Below the pieces are notes generated by a model. It searched no databases. It was given only the letters and a program-made list of their open reading frames with translations, and was not told the origin of the DNA. The translations under genes and the position numbers were made by a program. Positions 40,961 through 53,624 of a DNA stretch of 64,000 bases are shown here, in pieces. The stretch comes from Octopus sinensis (taxonomy: Eukaryota), in the NCBI RefSeq assembly GCF_006345805.1, contig NC_042997.1, positions 122,202,001 to 122,266,000 on the forward strand, given 5' to 3'. How positions within the stretch are numbered: the first letter of the stretch is position 1; each line of letters opens with the position of its first letter.

Positions 40961-41845
40961 CTGTGACGTGACAGAAGTAAATAAACACCCCATAGAACCT
41001 TTTTAATGCCATTCTCATCCAACCAACCATGAGTCTTTTCAACCGTGTGACAAGGAGCCCCATCTTCCATAAATAATTATGTAATCATTTCACTACTGCA
41101 AACGATTCGAAGAAGTCCTTTCTACAATATGTACACATATTTATCTGAGATTATGTTTTCCTCACACTCCACCAGCTGTGAGCGACCATTGATCCAAATT
41201 GCTCCCCAGACCATCAGAGAATAGCTGGCGTGATTCAATCATGGCTGCAATCTTTTCACGCCAGATTCTTGATCACAGTGTCCAGACTCACACTCGATCA
41301 CTGTCAGAAAATACAGTAAATTTGGACTCATCAGAGAATAAGATAGTGCCTCAATGCTAATGGTCCAATCTTTTCGCCACTTGATATTGGCTGGTCGAAG
41401 GAAGTGTCTTCCTTCTTGCCGCCACAGTAGCCAAGGTTGTGGAGATATCTGATAGCTGTTCTGGGATTGGCATCAACTTGTTCAGCTATGTCAGAGGTCT
41501 TGTAACAAGGATTATCCTCTACACTCCACTTAACAAAGCGAAAGGTCCTGTCAGTGGCTCCTGATCGACCTGGGCGAAGTAATGTGGACTCCTTGTCCTC
41601 GCTGGTGAAATCCACAATCACTCTATTAACTGTAGAAAGTGGGATCCCAAGATTTTCTACGATTTTACCCTGACTAGGTCCACCTGACTTCTTTTATATG
41701 TGGAATGATTGAACAGTCACATATAGAACCTGAAACATAAATATGTCGATTAACAAAAAAATGTAGACCTTTTCAAATTAAGATAAGCATAAAATGATGA
41801 TTTATGGGGTGTCTATTTGATGGGGTGACTTCTGTCACTTCTGTA
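40961..41845 (-). mobile_element. Tc1-family transposon, C-terminally deleted
   Basis: Minus peptides [20 protein letters not shown] (HTH), [18 protein letters not shown] (first D), MEDGAPCH (second D), then sequence runs into the TIR. TIR blocks GTGACAGAAGT...AAATA.ACACCCCATA at both ends. Confidence 0.85.
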
Positions 41846-43131
41846 TGTATATGTGTTTGTATATAGACATAGGTATGATACAACAAACAAGAAAATCAGA
41901 ACTCAGTAAATGATTATATAAACTCAGGCACGTACAAATACTAGTCAGTCGAAAGTTACAAAAGTGACTGAAAAAATGAGTTTTGTCCATGGCACTTATC
42001 AAAGAACGTTCTTTTGCATCCACGTGACTTGTTAATTAAGCGTTGGCTGTGAATATGTGTGAACGTATTGTATATTTATAAGTGTTTATTTGTATATATT
42101 TATGTGTTTATGTGCGCAATATATGTGCGTGTGTGCTATACATATACATATCTATGTGCGCGTGTTCAAAGTTATATGTACATATATTATGTTTGTATAT
42201 TACTTTTTATGGCTGTACATGGAAAATATGTAAACAGAATTGTATTTTTCTGCAGATAAATTCATTTCTATACTTACTCAGTGTGCGTGTATGTGTGCGT
42301 GTATGCAAATGAGACTCTCTGTATACCATTTTCCATAAAGTTTACCCTGTATTTCACGGGAATTATTCGAAACTTATAATTTAAACATGTCTATCCAACA
42401 TTTATAGTTAATCGAATATTTTTGTAAGAATTTCATTTCACAGTATAAGAAAAAACATGTTCTCGTTTTTACTTCTGGTAGTGTTCTATGTTTTAGTCGA
42501 TTAAAAAACAGAATACTCGCCTGTGTATGTATATATATACTTGTGTGTGTCTTTGTGTGTGCGATTGAATTTACACCCAGATGTCCAATAATTATTTCTA
42601 ATTTTGCTACAGGAGTATCGAACTTAATTTGGGGGATTCATCATTATCATCCGTCTTTGTACTCGACTTCGATATTATTTTACGTTATGCAGAAGGACGA
42701 AAGGAAATTCTTTCTCAGCGGATTTGAACTCAGTGCAAGAAGGACCGGAAGAATTACCAATGTTCTGATATTCTGTCAATGCTTTCTTCACGAAAATAAT
42801 CAGTTAATGTATGATGCAGTAAACAGCGTATAGTGTATGATTTGAATTGTGTTGTATAGTAAATCTAATGATATATATCTAATGATAACTTTAAGACCTT
42901 CAACTTTGAAGTTGAATGTATTTACCTAGTTTCAAATGTCTTTGCGAATAACAAATCATCAGAAGGAATATCTATCTTTCACATGTTTAATTCACTGGAC
43001 TGTTGCCATGGTGTAGTCTAGCTTTGAAGGAATTTTAGTCGAGCAAATCGGTCCTAATAATTATGTTTCTTTTAACGCCTGAAAATATTCCATCGGTGAC
43101 AAACAGAAACACTCACGTGCTCTTGTATTCT

Positions 43132-43190
<59 letters not shown>

Positions 43191-43937
43191 GGCAGAACTT
43201 CAGCATTTTCTGTCTACAAAATTCACTCACAAGCAAATTTCATACACTATGGCAGAATATATCCATCCAGGGTGCTGTAGAAATGAACTCGAAATGATGT
43301 GTTAGCAGAGCGAGCTTTTAAACAGCGCAGCTAAAGCCGAACCTGTCATTGATGGAATATTTTATAATCTACCAAGTATCACTGACGGTTTCCTGCATCG
43401 TTACAGTAGGTAGAACCAATGTGATTAGTATAGACTTTAAAAAGTATTCTGAATTTAAATTTGGGCCATTATATACATGGCTCGTTAGTGAGCTGCCTTT
43501 GTGACTAGTGTGCGCTATCTATATATTTGTTTTAGATTTGTGCTGTGATGCGAGCTTTGATTTCATCATTAATCTTCTAATTTCGTGTGGAATTCCATGG
43601 AATGCAGATATATTGACCATTATATTTTTCTATCTAATTGCGCTTTCTATTGAGCAATGAGGTGCAGTGCAATTGCACCTCGTAAGTGCATGTCGATCCG
43701 GCGACTGAGTGTGGTACTTGCACGGCCTATGCCATAGTTGGAGTAGTGAAGGTCACATCTTTTTACGCTTGCAAACGAATTTCTAAATTACATTAACAAG
43801 CCATTCTGTCGTGGCATTTCATGCTTTTGATTTGATATCGATAACTTTTTATGATAAATTTAGAGCTGTTGAGAAGCATTACACAAAGTCATTAACGTTG
43901 CTTTGTGTAGAATATCCATACATATATGTATATGCAA

Positions 43938-44085
<148 letters not shown>

Positions 44086-44573
44086 CACACATGTATTGAT
44101 CTGATTCATGGGGATTTTGATAGAGATATTCATCATTCTTCAGTTAGTAAGCAGTTGGTTCTTTCATGATGTTGTTTATGTGCCATTTCTACATTTACCA
44201 TATTGTCGATGCCATATTATTTGCTTTTGTATTACTGATTGGTTTCTTCTATTGGTTTGAATATATGTTCTTCATTATTATTCATTTTATTTTGTAGAAT
44301 TTCTTTTATCTAATTCTTCAATTTATTTCTTGTACCGCGGAAGAATCATTATGCAAATTTCAAACGTTCGATTCTATCATTTTCTCATTGAATGTTTATG
44401 GCTTGAATCGGAGTATGCCATGCTGCCACCCACATGTTTTCGTTGGAAAAGGTCGTGGGTGTGATACCTAGCGGAGGACCTGTTTTTCCTACATATATCA
44501 TTAACTTCCCATTTATAATTTTGCTACGGCGTTAATATTTTGAAGCTGTGTACATCCTCACTAGTATCAACGA

Positions 44574-44637
<64 letters not shown>

Positions 44638-45189
44638 ATACATATAAAACACCATATTTGCGCAAATCGCATCACTAACACTACACTTATGTGCATGCAT
44701 GTCAAGGGTGAATTTCTCCCCCATTTTATGACCTTAATTCATAGAAGCTTTTTAAAGCCATAATACTGAAACATAAGTTTATTCTTTTTTGCTGTGAGCC
44801 AAAATTTTTGGTGAAGTATTGAGAGTCGCAGTGTGAATGCTTGCTTCGATTTGGGACAGAATTTGCGAGCGATAGAACGGGGAAAGTATTTAGTGAAAAT
44901 GCGAGAGGAGAGACACTTATTACAAAATATATATCACATGAGCTATAATATACACCATTGATGTAAATCCAAGTTGAATGCGTCCTGATTTGAATCCAGG
45001 GGAAAGAGAACCGGAATGAATTACGCAAGGTATTTTGACCGACGCTAAAACGACTGCGAAATCGCTAATTCTTAATGCCTGCTAAATACTTACTAAATAT
45101 TTAAACTATTGTTAATGATATAAACTGTTGTAAATAATGTATTTAAAGTATTGTTTCTGTTTTCATGTTGTTCTCAGACCGTTATTTCC

Positions 45190-45930
45190 AGTTTCAATTG
45201 TAGTAGCATTCTAAACAACTTAACTCAATTTCAGAGTGCTTCAGCGGGATATACTCCACCAATACTGACACATTCAGCCAACAAACGGTGATTCGAATAT
45301 AACTACATGAACCTTTATACATATCAAACGTATTACATCCTCTATTACATAGCTGACTGAACTCAAACAATGAACTAACACTCCCTCACTGTTTAACCTA
45401 CTAGAAGCTGCTACTGAGGACTTCAAGCTTGTTTTCCGAAACTAGAAAAAATTTTACTAACTTCGATTTCTCTCCATCAACAACAAACTACAATCACCCA
45501 CTTTTTTTCCTTCTCCATAAACATTCGCACATTCACTTGCATATATTCACTACAAAGTCATTGTGCACCTATTTACGTACCAATCGAAATCTATACACAT
45601 TTCTGTTATCGAACAGGCAAAAGATTCCAAATTAGTCTCACGGTTTAACATACCATAGCTATTCTCCTCATTCTACTAACCCAACTACGCATAAATTTTT
45701 AAGTGACATCTAGTTATACATTAAACACTCAACATATACAATATTCTTCCTTTAACAGGTTCAAGGGATATCAATCTATATTCCTTTAATATTCTTTAAT
45801 GACTCCACTTGTTAATTTCTATTTTCACTAACAGGCTATGACATCTGAGTATGAAAAATTGTCATATCTTCCACTGTGCGATGAAGAAACGCGTCCGATT
45901 AATTCACAGGCAACTGGCATGACAGCTGAA
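45190..45930 (+). mobile_element. Decayed Penelope-like 3' region with two broken hammerhead-like motifs
   Basis: CTGAGGA...TTCC-GAAA-CTAG near 45413-45445 and GAAACGCGTC near 45886-45895; neither folds completely. Confidence 0.35.
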
Positions 45931-46637
45931 ACAAACTAAATAACTAAAGAACACACGTACGTATGTACAGATTCAATGGATGAATGTCTATCCTATTACA
46001 GTCTGAAGAAGGAAAAACATCAAGATAGATATCTTTGTGCAAATTCTTTCATTGCTCAAAACTTCTCTTTTACTATTTCTTAGAAATTATTTTCATTGCT
46101 TCCTTTCATTGCAGTCGTTTCTTGATAATACGATGATAGAAAAAGTTCAGCCAGAGAAGCTACCGATTAACTCGCTAGATAGGAATATATCTCCAGTTCA
46201 TTTACATTGACCTTATTTTTAGGTAGATCAGTAATATTTGTTTATTCCTATCAGTGCAGTGCAATGATGTTAATACTCTTATCTACTATATTGAAAACGA
46301 ATAAATAATATATTGCGTAACCTAACGCCACAGAATGCTATCATAACAGCGCTTTAATGAAATCAAATCAATATTATACGTGGCGGATCAAATACCGATG
46401 GTATATTACCCTTTTTAAATTTTGTAATCTAGAACAGACGCAATATAGAAAAGTCTATCTCTAAGTTGATTCTCATTATTTTTGTATCTGACATAAGTCG
46501 CAGCTTTTAAGGCAGATAAAAGGATAAACACGAACAAAGAAGGATTTAATTGTAAAATATACATTTATCAAATTGCCTTTACGGTTCTCCCTGGTCTCTC
46601 TCTGTCACCCATTATAAGTATATTGATAGATGCATAT

Positions 46638-46709
<72 letters not shown>

Positions 46710-47246
46710 TATGCACGTAGATACAGACATACACATATATATTGTATGCACACGAGCATATCCATCTCTCTCTATCTCTCTATCTCACTATCCCTATATA
46801 CATATGTGTATGTGTGTGTGAGTGTGTGGTCTGTTATGTGGAGGATAGTATATAAATTTAAGCATATACCCAGAAATAAATCACATAAACGATGTTATGA
46901 AATCAAAACGTATGACATTTATAATACTTTTGGCTTCAGTAATATTTGTATGAATATGTATGCTCGCATCCCAAATCCATAGATATTGCGCACCGCAAGA
47001 GCACAGCAATATGTGTTTCTTTGGGCATATGACATTGTGGGGCCGCATATGTCCGATCCAGGAGTACATTTATATATATATATATGTAAATCAACAAATG
47101 GTGGGGTTGTGTTGACCGCACGTGGAGAAACGATAAGCAAGGAAAAATTGTAAAATGGCAGAATGCTAAATTGAGAGAAAATTTTAATGAAAATGGGTGT
47201 ATGGAAAACGTTTTTGAAAAATTGATAAAATATATAAATATATATT

Positions 47247-47288
47247 AATTCAAACCGGTTTTCGTCATAATGTGACTTTTCAAGAATT
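47247..47288 (-). ncRNA. Type I hammerhead-like motif with U3:A8 core variant
   Basis: Minus strand AATTC-TTGAAAA-GTCA-CATTA-TGAC-GAAA-ACCGGT-TT-GAATT: stem I 5 bp, stem II 4 bp, palindromic AACCGGTT, UUU site. Confidence 0.55.
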
Positions 47289-47369
47289 GTAAAGGAAAAA
47301 TTTTTTTTTAAAGTGAGAAGGGGGAAAAAAGAAAATTACATTGTTTTTTGCAAAAAAAATAATAATAAT

Positions 47370-47412
<43 letters not shown>

Positions 47413-48299
47413 AATACACATACACATACACACACCCAAATATGTGTGTGTGAATATATTTGCATTTTTTAACATAAGTTTTGAGTTGGAAATATTTGGA
47501 GTTTGACATAGCTATAGTTAAGAGTGAGTTAATAAAATTAATCTTTATATGCAGGACTGTGGTTTCGGGCATGTATTTATTCACTCGGTTATGAAGGTCA
47601 GACAACTCAACAAAAAGGAGTGAATATTTGCAATATTCAGGGATGGCGAAAAGTCACCTGACAGTAAATCATACACATTTAATTCCAAGATTATAAAAGG
47701 AAAAATTATGAGATTTTGCTAATAAAGAGACAAATAACGGTGATTTTAACTCACAGCATTGAATTATTAAACATTCATAATTGAAATGAATAAATAAAAT
47801 TGAATATTAAGTATTTGTGGAATTTTGATTTACTCTCGGGTGACTTTTGTCTAACCCTGTACACTGAGTAAAGTACACATATATATCATGTTCTCTAGGA
47901 ATATACCCCATATATCTAACGACCTCGGCGGAATTTGACCTCAGAAATTAAAGACAGACTAAAAACCGTTAAGCTTTTAGTTTGTATCAGCTCGCCGCCT
48001 TATACACAGAATAATATATGCTTTACTTTGCACCTTGTAGAGACCGATCTCTCTTTTATTCACATTTGCATGATTCTTATAACACGGTTGCAGTGTAATA
48101 ATTTATGTTATATAATTTTGTGTATACATTTATAAATCTTCGTATATTCATAATACTTTTCATTATATTCCAGATTATTTTATTACCACAATGCAATAAA
48201 GGGTAAAGTGAGGTCATTAAAAACTAATTTTATCAGTTTAATATATATATTATATCAGCACCATAATGTCTATGAACATCATTGCCACTGTTCTATCAA

Positions 48300-48640
48300 C
48301 AGATTCGATTATTTTATCAAAGTTCTCCCCGATGATCTGTCCCCTTTCATTATTATGGTGTGACCATAAAGTCACACATAGGATTGGGTGACTTGACCGT
48401 GTGGAATGGATTCGTTGTCTGTCAGCTATTAGTTCCTTTCACTTCCTTTTGTGTGGTATGCTGAAGGTGAAGATGCACTGAATGAAAATGGAATATATGA
48501 ATCATTTGAAGGAACGCCTCATGAATGAATTAGCTCAAATTGACGGAAATGTGGAGGTAATGTTATAGGTTATGTGCATCCCATAGAGCACACCAAACTT
48601 TGCATAACCAATGTGGAAAATACGCTGAAAATATTATTCA
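48300..48640 (+). mobile_element. Tc1/mariner-superfamily transposase C-terminal relic
   Basis: EWIRCLSAISSFHFLLCGMLKVKMH*MKMEYMNHLKERLMNELAQIDGN resembles EWPPRSPDLTPLDFFLWG.LK..VY......LK.RI......I. Confidence 0.5.
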
Positions 48641-49924
48641 TTATAACAGTTGAATAAAATTATCGAAAATATACATTTTTGCCTATACAATGTACTATCA
48701 CTGTATTTTGTCACTCTTCTCTTCGCCTCACTTTTCCTAATTTTCTTTCTAGATGATATCGCATGCAGTCAATTCATTCTCCACCAGATTATTTTTTCCG
48801 TATATGTTGACTTTCTTTTTCACATTGTAAATTTCCTGTGCGACCGATCTCTAATATATCTTCTTTTTTTACCTTTTTCGCTGGTTTTCTCTTAAAATAC
48901 TTATTTACTGTTTTTGCTCTTCTCTTCTTGTTATAACATCTCATTCTTTTTCCTTGCTGACTGATGTCTTGAGAAGTACAAATATAGTTTATAGAATAAA
49001 ATATTTGCATAAGATGATAAAATATTGAAAAGCGATAAATACAGAAGATTCTTGCATTCATACAGTTTGTTTTGCCTCATAAATTAAAAGTGAAAATTAA
49101 AATCTTTTCCTACGATTTTATTGTCGCAGATTCATTGTGCTAAACCAACTGTCATAATAAAACGCCTCTGGTCTATTATGGTACAAAACCGTTTGTGTCT
49201 CGCTTTGCACTTAGAAAAGAGGTATCCAAAATATACCAACACAGTTCATAGTTGGGATATATGTTCATATTATTAAGATATTTGAAGTAAGCCGACAATA
49301 GCAATAGCAAGTTATGAAAAAACAGAATATAGTCTAGGGACTGAGCAACATATGCGTCTCAGCAAGCGTTTTAACTGTATTTATTATGTATCTTAGACTA
49401 ATTCCTTTTGAAGAAAAGCATTTGAGCCCGAAATATAACCGTTTATTTATTATAAAATTTCCGGCATTGTTAGAAGATATCTTTATTTCCCTTTTCTTGT
49501 GCGTGTGTGTGTGTGTGTTTGACGATGATTTAACTAGCTGAAACTTCGTAGTCAGAGTCAACAATATTTTTGTTTAGGAAAAACCTTGTCCTTTTAGAAG
49601 TACAGAGTAATCCTGGAGATAAATGTAAATTTGCTTATATTATGACGAAACAAAAAAAAAGCATTAGCATGCACACACACGTTAATTTTCTTAGGCATAC
49701 GTAGGTATAGAATATGTGACTGTGAATGTATCCATATTAATTTATATATATATATATATAAACAATGGCAGAAACGGGGCTGCTTTGCAACTCAAACAGG
49801 TAAGAAAAACCCACAGGTATTAAGTTTGCGAAGTTTTTGTATAATACAAACGTGAAAGAAGTAACGTATAATCTACTCAACATATGCAGCAAGATTTAAT
49901 TATGCTATGTATGTAAGTATGTAT

Positions 49925-50243
49925 ACTGACACTCCATTGCTTACGGCAAAAAAGGGTTCCATTTGATCAGATCAATGGAACAGCTTGTTCGTGAGATTAA
50001 CGTGCAGGTGTTTGAGTACTCCACAGACACGCGTATCCGTTCACAAACTTCTCAATGAGATACAGCGTTACACGGTGTGTGAAAAGCTTGGCCCCTTGAA
50101 ATACAGGTACTATTCACTTTTGGCAGCTGAGTGGACGGGGGCAACGTGAAATTAAGTGTTTTGCTCAAGGAGACAACGCGCCGTCAGGAATTGAAGTCAC
50201 CACCCTAAACGAATACCATAACCACTACGCCACGCGCCTTCAC
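49925..50243 (-). mobile_element. tRNA-derived SINE family D with CORE-like centre
   Basis: Minus head GTGAAGGCGCGTGGCGTAGTGGTTATGG, CORE-like TGTCTCCTTGAGCAAAACACTTAAT. Confidence 0.65.
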
Positions 50244-50495
50244 TGTATAATCAATTCAGAATTAATCAATTTTTACCCTTTATTATTACTAATAATATAA
50301 TTGTCTCCCTGATAGTAAACTTCAGTTTCTGCGGAATTTTACTAGTTGGCACACGTGGGTGAGTGAGCAGGAATGCGAGACTTCACTCGTCTGTTTGAAT
50401 TCGGAAGAACTGGTCTTTGGATATATGCTGTTTGATGACACTTGGACAAATACGTATGTTAATTATCAGTGCTCTTAAATTTAAAATTTTGAAAT

Positions 50496-50578
50496 ACTGT
50501 ACTGATGAGGAGACTGCGTGAGTAGAAATACGAGTTTACATTTTTCACATCTCTCTAACTCCGAAACGCGTATACAGT
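50496..50578 (+). ncRNA. Type I hammerhead ribozyme, canonical core
   Basis: Stem I ACTGTA/TACAGT (6 bp), CTGATGA 50502-50508, stem II GGAG/CTCC with 46-nt loop, GAAA 50563-50566, palindromic ACGCGT, GUA site after 50572. Confidence 0.8.
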
Positions 50579-51259
50579 TAACCAGAGCCGGGTAGATTCG
50601 TTATCTTTTCTCTCTTTATCTGCGTGGGTTGTTGAGTATTGCTGTCTGGGAGATATCTTATGGTAGTAAAATAGTTGAATAACTGCTATTTCTAAATTTC
50701 GGTATGTGGTGAAGCAAATTTTGCTGAACCCTAATTATAATTATACTCATGTTTATAGAATTTTTGCATAAGTTTACCGATAATGGTTATTTTAACATAC
50801 CGAACTACTTGGTAAAATTATTAATTAATAAATTAATTTTACCTTTTATTATTATTGATTATATATATATATATAATTGTCACAAAACTGATAAAAGAGA
50901 GAAAGTATCCTGTCATCTTTATACGGAGTCTGGATAAATTTCTTCAAGGAATACCAAATAAGCCACTCATATCTGGATACAACTCACTCAACACGAACTC
51001 ACTACTTGAATGGACCATAAACAAAATTTGACTTAAAAAGGACACTTATAATCCTATCAGGTGGTGCTATTAAGTTAGACATGGCCTGGACCAACATTTG
51101 GTCGAAACATATCTAAGTTTATAATGTATATAAATTTATATCTTCTTCTTCTCCTTCTTTTTCTTCATGTTCAATTCAAAAGAATATATCTGAATAATGT
51201 TTCTGACATTCGTAACCTATATACATATATCATAAAGAATTGAACGTGTAGTAGTAGGA

Positions 51260-51352
51260 GAAGAAGAAGAAGAAGAAGAAGAAGAAGAAGAAGAAGAAGA
51301 AGAAGAAGAAGAAGAAGAAGAGAAGAAGAAGAAGAAGAAGAAGAAGAAGAAG
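51260..51352. repeat. (GAA)n microsatellite
   Basis: Directly visible. Confidence 0.95.
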
Positions 51353-52331
51353 GTGATGCCGTTGACGCTGATGAGGAAAAAGATGGTGAATATGTTTAAC
51401 AGACACATTTTAATTTTAAAATACTACAAATTGTCTCATTCATCTTAATTTTTGTTAATTATTTAAGGCCGTAAGGATGTTATTAAACTATCTTAAAATA
51501 ATTTATTAAAAAATCGAATACAACAGTGTGGCTACATATCTTGTAAAATTTTTCACATTCACGCCTAACAGCTCCCTATAATGCCATTAGTGAACGATTG
51601 ATTTCATAGTCATAAATTGGAGGAGGGGGTTTTCAACATAATATGCAATATTTCTGTTTTACTTTAATCAAACTGGAGTCAGTCACGTAGATTCAGTTGT
51701 TCTTGATAACTAAATAATGACGTGCAGCTCTATCAAACTTGCAATTATTATAACCTGATTGTCTATCACATGTAACTAATTGAATTATTTCATCTGCACT
51801 CTATCTCATTTCCTCGATCCTGGTTACATTAACTAAAGCAAAATATTTATCTAACCGATGAAAACACAGTAAATATTGCTCATAGAAAGACAAATGCACA
51901 TCACTGCACAAATGAATTATTAATTGATTTAAAAGAATATCAGTCATGATTATCGCTCAATATAAATATTGAATTATAATTTCTTTAATTCCATTTTAAT
52001 TTCATTGACCAATTTTCAATTAATGGTTTCTAATCCTTTATCCAACGTCCATTTCACAGTTTAAGCTTGCTACAGTTTGCATTTTCGATGAGTCAGGGAA
52101 TATTTCGATTGTCGGTGTTCAATAGCTTATGCCCAAGATTAATCACAATTCAACTTAAAACTCGGTCACACATTTTCTCATCAGTGATATTGTATCCCGA
52201 ATTACCTTACTTCTTGTGCTCTTTCAGTTTTTCAATATGGTAGGTACAGTCGCCGCTATTAGGCTGTTCTATGTAGGGGAAAAATAAATGCACGTGCGAT
52301 CACACACTCACACCAAAACACATACCTACAT

Positions 52332-52404
<73 letters not shown>

Positions 52405-52420
52405 AATATATATACAAATA

Positions 52421-52471
<51 letters not shown>

Positions 52472-53339
52472 AATATATATATATATATGCGGAACAAGAT
52501 TGCAGTCACCGCCAATTTCACTCTTGGTTAGTCAAGTCTGATGAATCATGATCAACCAAGTGTGGAACTCGCGTAGCCTGTCATATTTTCATACAATTAT
52601 CGTATCTACCCATTGCAAGCAACGTATTGAGTTCCGTGGCAAATAATACTTGCATTACGCATAATAATAGACATACACTCACATATATGCACACAGAGTA
52701 TACAACCTATATATATATATATATATATCCACACACATAAACAGACACACGTATATGTATCGCTATTTATCTGCTCAAATCTTTTGCATGGGTTGTAATG
52801 TTAGAAAGTCTGCCGGCGAATACTTTTCTGCAAGACTTTCTCTAAATTACCAAAAATGCAACTTAATTAATTCTTCACTCATCTGTGAACCCAGAAAGTT
52901 AATTAACCTTTCCTCCTTCCATACCTATTCAATGAAGTAAAATAAGTAAGGAGTTAATTAATCTATGCTTCTACAGCAATATTTCCTCTGGAATTAATCA
53001 ATCTCCATCACTTTCCAATATCATCAACAGCCTCGTCGAGCAACTAATAAAGTTTCTCCGCTTAGCTAGGCAACCAAACAACTAATCATCTCTCAGTTCA
53101 CTCACCTGAGCAAAGAAGCAGCTGGTGCCAATTATTTCCACATTATAGGCTCATAAAACACTTTAATTATAAAGAAGAAACACCTTGTATTCATGTTATA
53201 ATTCGTATTAACATATGGAAAACTATATTGCAAGATAGGAGTTATTCCACAGTAAAATATACGATGAATTGATCTACATAACGTATGTTATTCATCAGCA
53301 CACTTGCAAGAAAGTATTCATGCGTATCTATCTATCTAT

Positions 53340-53624
<285 letters not shown>

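Noticed and set aside
53100-53108. Perfect minus-strand donor consensus CAG|GTGAGT
   Set aside because: The upstream candidate exon has no open frame from an acceptor, and one such hit is near chance expectation.
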